Origin: Octopus bimaculoides
Taxonomy: Eukaryota
NCBI RefSeq assembly: GCF_001194135.2
Contig: NC_068983.1
Coordinates: 46,122,229-46,163,287, forward strand
Direction: 5' to 3'
DNA length: 41,059 bases
The first letter of the stretch is position 1. Every line of letters begins with the position of its first letter. The notes beneath the pieces were generated by a model that saw only the letters and a list, made by a program, of their open reading frames with translations, made no database searches and was not told the origin of the DNA. Shown here one piece after another: positions 9,701 through 21,753 of the stretch. The translations under genes were made by a program, and so were the position numbers.

Positions 9701-12700
9701 AAGGCCAGCAATTTCGGGGAGGTGGGCAAATCGATTGCATCGACCGCGGTGGTCAACTGGTACCTATTTTATCGATTCCGTAGGGATGAAAGGCAAAGTC
9801 GGTCTCGAAGAAATTTGAACCTACAACGTGATGATGGACGAAATCCCGCTAAGCATTTTGCCCCGCTTAGCATTCTTCCAGCTCGTTGCCTTAAGATGAT
9901 AAAATATCAGAAGGAAATATTTGCTTATGCAAAATAGTTCAAAATCTCTTGATGTTTATTTTGCACAGGTAGACGCATTTCAACTAATCTTCGGAAAATA
10001 GATTCCAGACAAATGTGTTTCAGCTACAGATCAGAATTCACATATCGTCACACAACCTGAGCACAATAAACAATGATTACGATACAACGGATGAAGTACA
10101 AGCTCAGATCATCAGATAAATGTGAACCGAGCGAGACCAAATTTCTCAAACTCAGCCAAATCTCCATTACTGTCTTAAAAAGGCAAAGCATTTGGATAAT
10201 TTGTTCCTGGATGCACAGCGTCTCGAAAAGAAAACGGAAATGTCCAATTTGTAAATAATCAGCTGGATCAGGGTTGATTTAAGGCTAAGTAGTAACAACT
10301 ACTACCAAACGTATATGTTCCACTGTTACAGTCGATTCGCAATATTAATACTAAATAAGGCAACAAGCTAGCAGAATCGTTAGCACGTCAAGAACAATCC
10401 GTAGTGGCATTTCGTCCGTCTTTACGTTCTGGGTTCAAATGCCGCCGAGGTCAACTTTGCTTTTCATCGTTTCTAGGTCGATTAAATAAGTACCAGTTGT
10501 GTACTGGAATCGATGTAAAAGACTTAAGCCTCCCCTTAAATTGCACAAATTTGAAACCAATATTAACTCTAAATATTGCAGAGCGCTCTAGGGCAAGAAA
10601 TAATTTCCTTTTGGCTCAGACCAAAACACGATTTCATTTTCCATTTGAAACTTATTCTTTTACTTTCATCGCCAGCTAATGCCCCCTTTAGAATAGTATA
10701 CACCTCAAAATATTCTTACATCACATACTTGATAATGCCCCACTCCCTTTTTAAATTTTCGTCAGCCTTTATTTAAAATACTGGTTAGACACCAATGGGT
10801 AACACAGATTTTCACCGGTCGATGAGGGTGACATTTATGTGGTTGCTTGATATGTGGATATTACAGTCTATCTTCCCTCAAACACACTCTACAACCTTTA
10901 TGTAAAAAAAAAAAGACGTTGTATGACGTAGTCTGCTGTATTCTATTTCTAGAATATAAAGACAATTGCTGTCTCTTACAGAAAGCCTCTGATCATAAGC
11001 TTACTCATTCAGAGCTGACTGGTGCTAAACACATGAGAGTTGGGTTTTTTTTTTCTTTTTCAGCACCAGCAGAGAGTTTTTCTTTATGCAAGCAAAGATC
11101 ATTAAAACAATAAATAATGAACATATTACTTGGTACCTCATTACATACATGGTTAAGTCAATACAACAAACAGCAACAGCTTATACAGTTCCACATTCTT
11201 TGATACATACATACATACATACATACATACATACATACATACACTACAAATGATCCCGATATCAAGGAATTATAAAAATCCACTTCTTAACCCATTACCT
11301 CCCATAATTCTATTAACTGGAATTTTTTTATGAAACTTTGATTTCGAGCATAAAACAGCCTTAGAAACACGCTAGAATGATCAAAATAACATTTCAAAAT
11401 AGCATTTTAAATAGAAATAAGCGAGAAATTGGGTGAAAAATTAGCAAACTTCATTTGAATATCAGAGAAATATACCTAGTAGATATAGCAAAAAGGTTAG
11501 ATATGTGTAAATATTGACAGATAATTACGAAATTTGTAAATTCTAAGGGATCTCATATGAGATCACTGGTAGGTAATGGGTTAAGATTTAAAGAATGATG
11601 AGCAAAGCAAGATGCTTTCTTTCACAGCCTTGCCGGTCAAAATTTACTCTATGTATGTATGCATGTGTGTATACATATATATATGTATGTGCGTATCTTT
11701 ACACTTCATATATATCTTATAACTTACCTTGTTTAATGCATTTTCCTTCACTCATTATATAGCCATTATCACAAGTACACATTCGCTTGTTATTTTCAAG
11801 TGTACAATGACTATTTTCTTGACAGGGTGCTCGTAGTTTTTGTACCTTGTTCCTTCCCAAGCATACATATTTCGTATTGCAGTCGGTGCTATACATTTCT
11901 TCTTTAAGCTAAATATTGTTTAAAAAGCAAAATTAAAATATCGTTCATTAATCTTTGCCAGGTAATGATACAGGAAAATATCAGATCTTTGTTCTAAATA
12001 CAAATGAGAGTACGTTAACAAGGAATTAGTGTGCTTGCAATAAGTTCTATCGTAGCATATCACCAGGAGAACCCTGATTGAGTTGATCTATGATCAAATA
12101 TATTATCAGCCTCTCTTTCTAGTGACACCTAGAATTACATTATTCAATGTGCACATTTATAATACTATACTATATCAGGGAGAGCGATCATGTAGAATGT
12201 CTCTTAAGTTGTAAAATATTTGTTTAATTATGCGCAGTCTTTATGTGCATATCTGAAACGCTTTCAAGCATAGATAATCGCTTAAATTTCAACATTGAAA
12301 AAAATCAACCATATTGGACCCTTCGTCTTCCAGCTCAACCATATTGGACCCTCGTCTTCCAGCTCAAAATTATAGAAGGCGATAGCATCAACACTAGGTT
12401 CATCAAGGAAGCCGTCTTCAATAATTTCTTTACTCGCTAAAGATCAGCCTTCCCTAACAATGCCAAGGTTGGTGTAAACGAAACAGACTGACCCATATTA
12501 GATTGCACAGATGCATTGAGACAGAAGATAGGGCCATATATAACGTAAAGTTCGAAAACGTTCTAGAAGTTAATGCATATTTAATATTTGTTACTAGTCA
12601 ATTTTAAGGTATCAAACTTAAGGAACGTTAGACCTCTTCCAAAATATGTTTCATTAAACTACCATATTATCCCTAAAGTCATTGTTAAAAAAATGGTTAG

Positions 12701-15700
12701 ATATACAGCAGATGTAGTCAGCCCCCATCGCAACGGGAATATGTATGGAAGAAACGGTTTCTCAACGACAGAAGCCATGCGCAGTAGCAACTTCCCCAGA
12801 TATATACTTGCGTATTTACACCGTATATCAGATCTTATACACTATATCCAACAAATGTAATATTAGAAGTGTGATTCAGCCATTAAACGTCCGAATGAAA
12901 GAGCATCTCCTCACATACAAAGTATATATTCAAAAGCATCTAGGACAACACTGCAGCATGAACAAAGAGATCGTAATTAAAATTAAAACCATAAATCGTA
13001 ATATCGGTAACCTACAGATAAAAGAAGCTTCTGAGGAAAAAATAACAGGCCTACAGTTAACAGACAAGAAACGAGAGAGTTGCCATAGCTACTAAATATA
13101 TAAACAGTTTTTACAGACACCATCGTAAATTAAAGGACTCGGTCCAATATTTCATCTGTCGTAGGATATCGCCAGGAGAACCCTGATCGAGTTGATCTAT
13201 GATGAAATACATTATCAGCCTCTCTTTCTAGTAACACCTAGAATTACATTATCCGATGCGCACATTTATAATGCTATACTATATCAGACTCTTGTCCAGA
13301 CACTGACAGCCGATGGGACGACATCCACAGCCACAACATTTATATATGTGGCAAGTCAAATGTCCATATGGATTTAACCCACAAAGGGATTGGAGTCGTA
13401 AATTACATCTTGTACTTGTTTTGTATGACATTTCAAAAAGTGTTCTTAACCGAAAATATTCGGCGTATTAAATATTTATTCACGACGATTGTCGTGGTGG
13501 TGACGGTCGTAGAATGTGTGGTAGTGGGGAAGTGATTTAGGTGGTGAGAGTGATGGCGGTGGTGATGATAGTCGAAGCAATTTTAACTTTGATGGGATTA
13601 GATACCAGAACATAAAGATGCAGAACTAAATATTACAAGACATTTTGTCCAAAGCTCCACCGATCCTGCCAATCCCTTGTCCTTGCTATATTACCACCCT
13701 GAATTCTGTCGATGATTATAGAACTGGAAGTACTTACATTCATATAAAAGTTAGCATTCCTACAGCCACATTTTGATGGCCTGACACATTCATTTCCGCT
13801 AAGAATATAACCCGGCTGACAAATACATCCTTCAGTACGAGCCATACATTGTGGCTTCAAATTCAAGCATGAAGGTTGACATGTAGGTGTGTTGTATCTG
13901 TATTCCTGGAAACTCGGACAAAATTTTGCTGAATATCAAAGAAATGAGAAATAGTTAAAAAGTTTCAATAGATCTGATCATATCAATACACACACATTAT
14001 ACATAATTCGTAGCTGTGTGGTAAGAAGCTTGCTTTCCAACCACATAGTTCCGAGTTCAATCCCACTGTGTGGCACTTTGGGCAAGAGTCTTCTTTTATA
14101 GCCTCGGTTGCTTATACTACATGGAAACCGGGTAGCTAGACTAATTGATAACAGGATTGAAAATAGAAGTAACTTATACATAAAATAAACAATTGGAGAT
14201 GACTTAGGATATTTTTCTCTACATTCTTAATCGCAAAAAAAATTTTACAATTATTGTCTCAGGTTCATTTCGATCTATTAAACTCTCCCTTTATAAAATG
14301 TTGCCTTCTAACTACTATAAAGGAATGTGCAAGATATGGAGAACAGCTGGAAGAGTCGTGGCGTGTCAATGCTGCTGAAGATAAGGCTACTTCGGGCTGC
14401 CTCTTTCTCTATTGCGACGTACGGCTGCGAGTCGTGGACAATGTTGAAGGCAGACGAGAAAAGAGTGAGTACTTTTGATATGTGATGTTACCACAGAATC
14501 CTTAGAGTGTAGTGGAGGGAGAGACAGACGAACAACTGGGTACTAGAAAAGCTCGGTTGCGGGATGACGCTTCGGTGAAACATCATGAAGCAGAAGCTAC
14601 GGTTCTTTGGCCACGTCATGCGCCGGGATGAACTTGAGCGAACGATCATAACTGGCAAGGTGAACGGCAGAGGTAAAAGAGGCAGACCACCCACTTCTTG
14701 CCTGAAAGACATCACAGCCACAGGATTGTCTTTATTCTCAGCTGTCCATGGGGTAGAGGACAGGAGAAGGTGGCAAGATATCGTGGTGATCACAGCATCG
14801 CATAATGCGACACTTGACTAGAAGAAGAAGAAGAATACCATAAAGTTTTTCACTAAGCATGTTTTTTTTTTCTTGTCCATATATGTCTAAGTTATATAGC
14901 GACAGAAATAGTAATACAAAAGGACACAAGATTTTATCACGACGTCCCCGCGTAGAGTCTAGAATGGCTCCATTTATGCAGTTAAGTGGTGGTGGTGGTG
15001 GTGGTGAGTCATTAGTGTTGGATCTCCGTCATTAAACGATGAGGATCCAATTGCTCGATTATCTAAATCACTAGCTCCTAAATTGACGTAAAAGTAGCTA
15101 CACATTTCATAGATGTGTATAATTCTCATGTAGAGGAAATTGACACGGTGCGTGACAATGCCAGCTGTTTTTTTTTAATTTTTTAATTACAGTTACAGTG
15201 CACATGGCAGACTTCCGTACAGCTTCCATCTGCCCGAAATTCCCCTCACAACGTTCAAGTCGAACCGAGATAATAGAAAAGGACATTTTCTCAAGATGCC
15301 GTACATTGGGATCGAACCCAAGCCCTATTAGTTGCGAAACATAGTTCTTAAACATTCGGCTATATTGTGCCTACATCTAGGCATCATCTTACCCATGAAC
15401 AACATACTGTCAGTTACAGGATTCAAAACTCTAGACTGGTTATGCACTTGGTCATCTGCACTCTTCTTTGGAATATGAGAATTAAGGAATAAGATTTCCT
15501 ACAATATTTATTGAACAGACATTGCATGTATTATTCTGTGAGATTTACTTTCATAGTAAGATATTTTTTTATATTATAAAGAAAGGAAATATATGAGGTT
15601 TGGTAGAAACAGTAGATTGTTATTAAAACTTACGACAGCTGGCTTCTTTTCTCCAGTCCACAATAACTCCAGCATTTTCACACTGACTGGCAAACCCTTC

Positions 15701-16631
15701 AAGTATTTGACAGAAAACCTTTTTCATATTATCTTCGTCGTTTTTATATGAACAGACGTCTATTCTACATGAATCGATAAACTGTTTAGTCTGCGTATAA
15801 CCTAGTGTTTCAACACATGTCTGAAATGCCTTTCCGTTAATAATGACATCACATCTCGCGGTTTCTTTCGTTTCACAATTGCAGTACAGAGGAGTCGATT
15901 TACAACTGAAGCAAAATAAGAATGTAAACGAACGTGTATTGCTAATATTTATACATCTGCATGCATTTTATTTATTTTGTACTTTCGTTCATGCGGAGGC
16001 GCAATGGCCCAGTGGTTAGGGCGGCGGACTCGCGGTCATTGAATCATGGTTTCGATTCCCAGACCGGGCGTTGTGAGTGTTTATTGAGCGAAAACACCTA
16101 AAGCTCCACGAGGCTCCGGCAGGGGATGGTGGCGAACCCTGCTGTACTCTTTCACCACAACTTTCTCTCACTGTTTCTCCCTGTTCTCTGTTGCTCCTGT
16201 AATTCAAAGAGTCAGCTGTGTCACGCTGAATATCCCCGAGAACTACGTTAAGGATACACGTGTCTGTGGAGTGCTCAGCCACTTGCACGTTAATTTCACG
16301 AGCAGGCTGTTCCGTTGATCGGATCAACTGGAAAATTCGACGTCGTATGCGACGGAGTGCCAACTTTCGTTCATGTATTCATCTAGACATTCACATTTTA
16401 GGATTGCATCAAGAGGTAAAACATAAAAATGTATTATTTCATTGATTGTCTTAGCTGGGCATCTCATTCACTTACGCGTATTTTATTGCTCTCTTACTTG
16501 TTTCAGGCGTTACTCTGCAACCATTCTGGGGTACAGTCTTGAAGNNNNNNNNNNNNNNNNNNNNNNNNNNNNNNNNNNNNNNNNNNNNNNNNNNNNNNNN
16601 NNNNNNNNNNNNNNNNNNNNNNNNNNNNNNN

Positions 16632-16671
<40 letters not shown>

Positions 16672-17465
16672 GACGGCCTTCTTTCAGTTTCCGTCTACCA
16701 AATCTACTCATAAGGCTTTGGCTGACCCGAGGCTATAGTACAAGACACACTTGCCCAAGGTGCCTCGCAGTGGGACTGAACCCAGAACCATGTGATTGGC
16801 AAGCAAGCTTCTTACCACACAGCTACGCCTGCACTTTTATAAGCTTTCAATACACTTCTCTTTAGATATTAGCGACGGAAAGAATATCAGTGCTGAGTGT
16901 ATGCATTGTAAGAACGCCGTAATACTTCGATATTCGTCTTGAAAGAATATATCGTATAGACGTTTAGTGCATAAAAGTATGAAAATATCATTAGCAGACG
17001 AAATTTCCTTCCCAGTCAATCGCAACGTTAGAAAAATATAATTCTCTCAATTGGTACACTAATTTGTGAATAATTAGCTAATTAGCCCTTACCTATCTTC
17101 CAGCTCATCAGAGTCATCAGCGATGTGGTAACTATCACCAATTAAAGTAAATTTCTTTGGGTGTAATGAAACATCTTGTCCAGACTTTGTGCGGAGATCA
17201 TCTTTGATTCCATTGCAGTCACCACAGATGCCGGTCAGTTCATTAGCGAATGATAAGGGAAGGCTCACAGTAACTCGATGTCTTCCGTCAAATTCCACGG
17301 TCATTCCCCATCTGGTAGTAACTATTACCCAACCGACGGCAAAACTCACAGAAATGTCTTCGTAATTTATGACTGGGAGAGATCGTTCTTCTGAGTTCAC
17401 CTAAAAGGAATACATAAATAAAAATGAAATAAAATGTATGTGTTCGTCTGTGTGTACGTATGTGT

Positions 17466-17559
<94 letters not shown>

Positions 17560-17883
17560 GTAGTAAGGGATTACTAAGATCATTTACCGGTAGCTTTCAG
17601 TTACATAATGCTATGCCACTCCGTAATAATCTTTATATATATTTATATATATATATATATATTTCAAAATGTAACTACATGTGAATCATTGGCGATTTTT
17701 TTTCCTCCGTCCCCCTTTTTCTATTGGACTTTCCTCTGTCTCCTTTTTCTGAAGAAGAGCGTTGCTCGAAACGTAAAACCATCTTTCTTTCCTTCCCTGA
17801 GCGTCTGCTAATACTTTACATGTACCACATGCTCGCGTTGTTGTTTTTTTGTGTTTGTTCTTTGTTTTGGGGGGGATGGGATT

Positions 17884-17918
<35 letters not shown>

Positions 17919-18479
17919 GAAGAAGAAGAAGAAGAAGAAGAAGAAGAAGAAGAAGAAGAAGAAGAAGAAGAAGAAAAAGAAGAAGAAGAAGAAGAAGATA
18001 TTACACATTACCAAAATTCTATTGGCTGGCAATAAGCTTATTGTGATATTATTTTCCAGCTTTATATCCACAAAACGCGTATAAGTGACATGTTTATTGC
18101 TTCGATGTTCATTCTTCACTTCGACAGAGAAATATGTTTTATTGTATCCTTGTTTAGTTGTCACCAAAGAATATTTACAGCCTCCCATGTAGTGTATCAT
18201 TTCTCCATCAAACGTCTTGTAATGCGGATCACCATAGACAATACATGTACATTTTCTAACTGAAAAATAAAGACTCGAAATAGTAAATAGGAAGAAAAAC
18301 GCACAGCGAGTCTCATAACATCACATTTAATCGCTATTTACGAATTTCGAGTACGGGAAGAATGATTAAAATTCCTGGCTTAAAGGATATCGCAAAAGGC
18401 CCAAACTACTGTGTTCTTTTTACAGGGCTTATAAAACTGAAGGATCGCTACAATCTATATATATAAAAATGAGAATGTG

Positions 18480-18510
<31 letters not shown>

Positions 18511-21500
18511 GTGAATCCCTAAAACTCGAGAACTACGCAACCAATTTCATTCAAATTTTTCACATGCCTTACTTAGGGTTCCAGTTGTGTTTTAGTCAAA
18601 AAATTTTTTTAACTTCTTGCAGAGTTCGAGCCCACGGCAACATAATATCTCCTCCACTATTTAAGTATTATGTGTCAAAAGTGAAACAAAAACACTCGTG
18701 TCAAATACTTTCACTTTAAAAATGAAACTATTCCACTAACTGAAACAATCGCATTTCGATACTGTAATGACAGATACTTTCGAGAGAGAGAGAGAAAGAG
18801 AGAAAGAGATAGAGAGAGAGACGTATATGTATACATATAGATGTATATGTACACGTTATTCCACTAACTGAAACAATCACATTTCGATACTGTAATGACA
18901 GATACTTTCAGAGAGAGAGAAAGAGAGAAAGACAGAAAGAGAGAGAAAGATATGTATATGTATACATATACATGTATATGTACACGTATATGCATAGATA
19001 TATAGATATAGATATAGATCTATATGCATACATGTATATGTATACATATGTGTAGATGTATATATATATAGATGTACATGTAATATGTACACATATATAC
19101 ATATATACATATATACATGCATACAGATATCTATACATATATACATATATATGCATACAGATATCTATACATATATACACCCATCACACACAAACACATN
19201 NNNNNNNNNNNNNNNNNNNNNNNNNNNNNNNNNNNNNNNNNNNNNNNNNNNNNNNNNNNNNNNNNNNNNNNNNNNNNNNNNNNNNNNNNNNNNNNNNNNN
19301 NNNNNNNNNNNNNNNNNNNNNNNNNNNNNNNNNNNNNNNNNNNNNNNNNNNNNNNNNNNNNNNNNNNNNNNNNNNNNNNNNNNNNNNNNNNNNNNNNNNN
19401 NNNNNNNNNNNNNNNNNNNNNNNNNNNNNNNNNNNNNNNNNNNNNNNNNNNNNNNNNNNNNNNNNNNNNNNNNNNNNNNNNNNNNNNNNNNNNNNNNNNN
19501 NNNNNNNNNNNNNNNNNNNNNNNNNNNNNNNNNNNNNNNNNNNNNNNNNNNNNNNNNNNNNNNNNNNNNNNNNNNNNNNNNNNNNNNNNNNNNNNNNNNN
19601 NNNNNNNNNNNNNNNNNNNNNNNNNNNNNNNNNNNNNNNNNNNNNNNNNNNNNNNNNNNNNNNNNNNNNNNNNNNNNNNNNNNNNNNNNNNNNNNNNNNN
19701 NNNNNNNNNNNNNNNNNNNNNNNNNNNNNNNNNNNNNNNNNNNNNNNNNNNNNNNNNNNNNNNNNNNNNNNNNGACACACATAGTCCCCAGTTGGTAACA
19801 TTGATTTCAAGGCCCTCCTAGATGAGAGACTGGCATTCCACTTAATGTCTATGTTCCATGCTGGCATGGATTGGAGAGTTATTAATGTAGAAATATGGTA
19901 TCGTAGCTACTAACAGTTGAGGGTTGCGTAGTCTAGACGGCGTTTTTAGATTTCATTATTCTCTTTAACCCGGGCAAATCCGGGTATTTCTGCTAGTAAG
20001 TATATAAATCTGAGAGGGGAATATGTTGAATAAAATCATAATTAACTGATCCTCATTTATTTTCTTTAACCCAAAGGCATAGAACTTTCCAGCACCACCT
20101 CGTCTATTTCTCTATATTTCTTCTCTGGTGAAAGACGTCTGCACGAAACGTTCGAATTATTTTCTCTACATGATGCACGCACTTATTTCTTTCTGTATAC
20201 TTTATAAAACGGTTTTTTTTTCTTCTTTGACATCACAGATCTCAATGGTTTCCTTCCTACATTATGTTTTTATTTTATTTTGCACCAAAGAGGATGTCAG
20301 AATTTAAATTTAACACAGGGGTTGATTAATTTCCATTAATATTTACATTTAGAGATATAATTGACGAAGACGGAATAGTCGTTATTCTATTTTGAATGAA
20401 AACATCCAGTAATTTTTCTATGATTTTTGAACACCATGAAAGAGTTTCCTGCTCATAATATTTCTTTCTACTATAAGTTAGCAAAGGCGTTAGCACGCCG
20501 AGCAAGATGCTTGGCGGTAATCTGTCTGTCTTTACGTACTAAGTTCAAATTCCGCTGAGGTTAACTTTACCTTTTGGAGTCGATAAAATAAGTACCAGTG
20601 AAACACTGGGGTCGATCTAATTGATTAGCCCCCTCCCCTGAACTCGCTGGCTTTGTACCAAATTTTGAAAGGCAATATTTCTTTCTATATAGGTACAAGG
20701 CCTGAAGATTGGGGGAGGATATTAGTTAATTACATCGCCTCTAGTGTTCAACTGGTACTTATTAAATCGGTCCCGAAAGGATGAAAGGCGAAATCGATCT
20801 CGACGGAACTCAAAATGTAAAGATGCAAGAAATTCGTCAAAGCATTTTTTCCGGTGTGTTAACGATTCTTCTATCTCGCCGCCTTTTTTCTGATCAAAAT
20901 AGGACCCAGAGGTATGTCAATCTGTTGGAATTCACATTCAGTACGAAGCAATTGGAATTCGATTAGAATTTATTCGATAGTGATTTCTACTGATTAGGAA
21001 GAAACGATTCAAATTAGTGAGATTTAAATTAGTCATGAAATTGAAGTGATGACGTTCATCCATTGCCAAAGATCATTACTTTTACAAATGGAATGAAATA
21101 GCTTTCACAGAATACTTGAAACTCTCTCATCGACATGTGGCTCTTGTGGAAGACACTATCCAATGTGTCAGATTGTGAGACAGTGTGGAAATGATACAGC
21201 GTGGAGGTGAGACAGCGTGGCAGTGAGACAACATGGAAGCGAGACTGTGTGACAGTGAGACGGCGTGGCAGTGACAGCGTGGAAATGAGATTGTGTGACA
21301 GTGAGATGGCGTGGCAGTGAGACAGCGTGGAAGTGAGACAGCGTGGAATTGAAAGTGTGTGACAGTGAGACGGTGTGGCAGTGAGACAGCTTAAACAGCG
21401 TGACACCTTGAATAAATGTCTTCTGGTATAGCTCCAGGCTGACTAAAACCATATGAGTGGATTTGTTGGACAAAAACTTAAAGGAAACCAATCGGGCGTG

Positions 21501-21710
21501 AGTGTTTGTGTCTCCATGCCTTTACATCACGCGGTAATTACCATCATACTAGTTTACAGCCCTCCGTAAAAACATGCCTACACATAGGAAATCATTACTT
21601 GGATTGTAAACACGTGAAGGCTAGCGACAAGAAAGTTATCCGGTCGTAGAAAATTTGCCTCAACGAATTTTGTATGATTCATGCAAACATGGAAAAGTGA
21701 ACGTTAAACC

Positions 21711-21753
<43 letters not shown>

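Noticed and set aside
15995-16070. tRNA-like A/B boxes
   Set aside because: No complete cloverleaf, and the sequence continues into a SINE body, so it is not a tRNA gene.
21056-21491. His/Cys/Ser-rich ORFs (SHCHAVSL repeats)
   Set aside because: They are translations of a 15-bp minisatellite, with no compatible splice sites for inclusion between flanking phase-1 exons.
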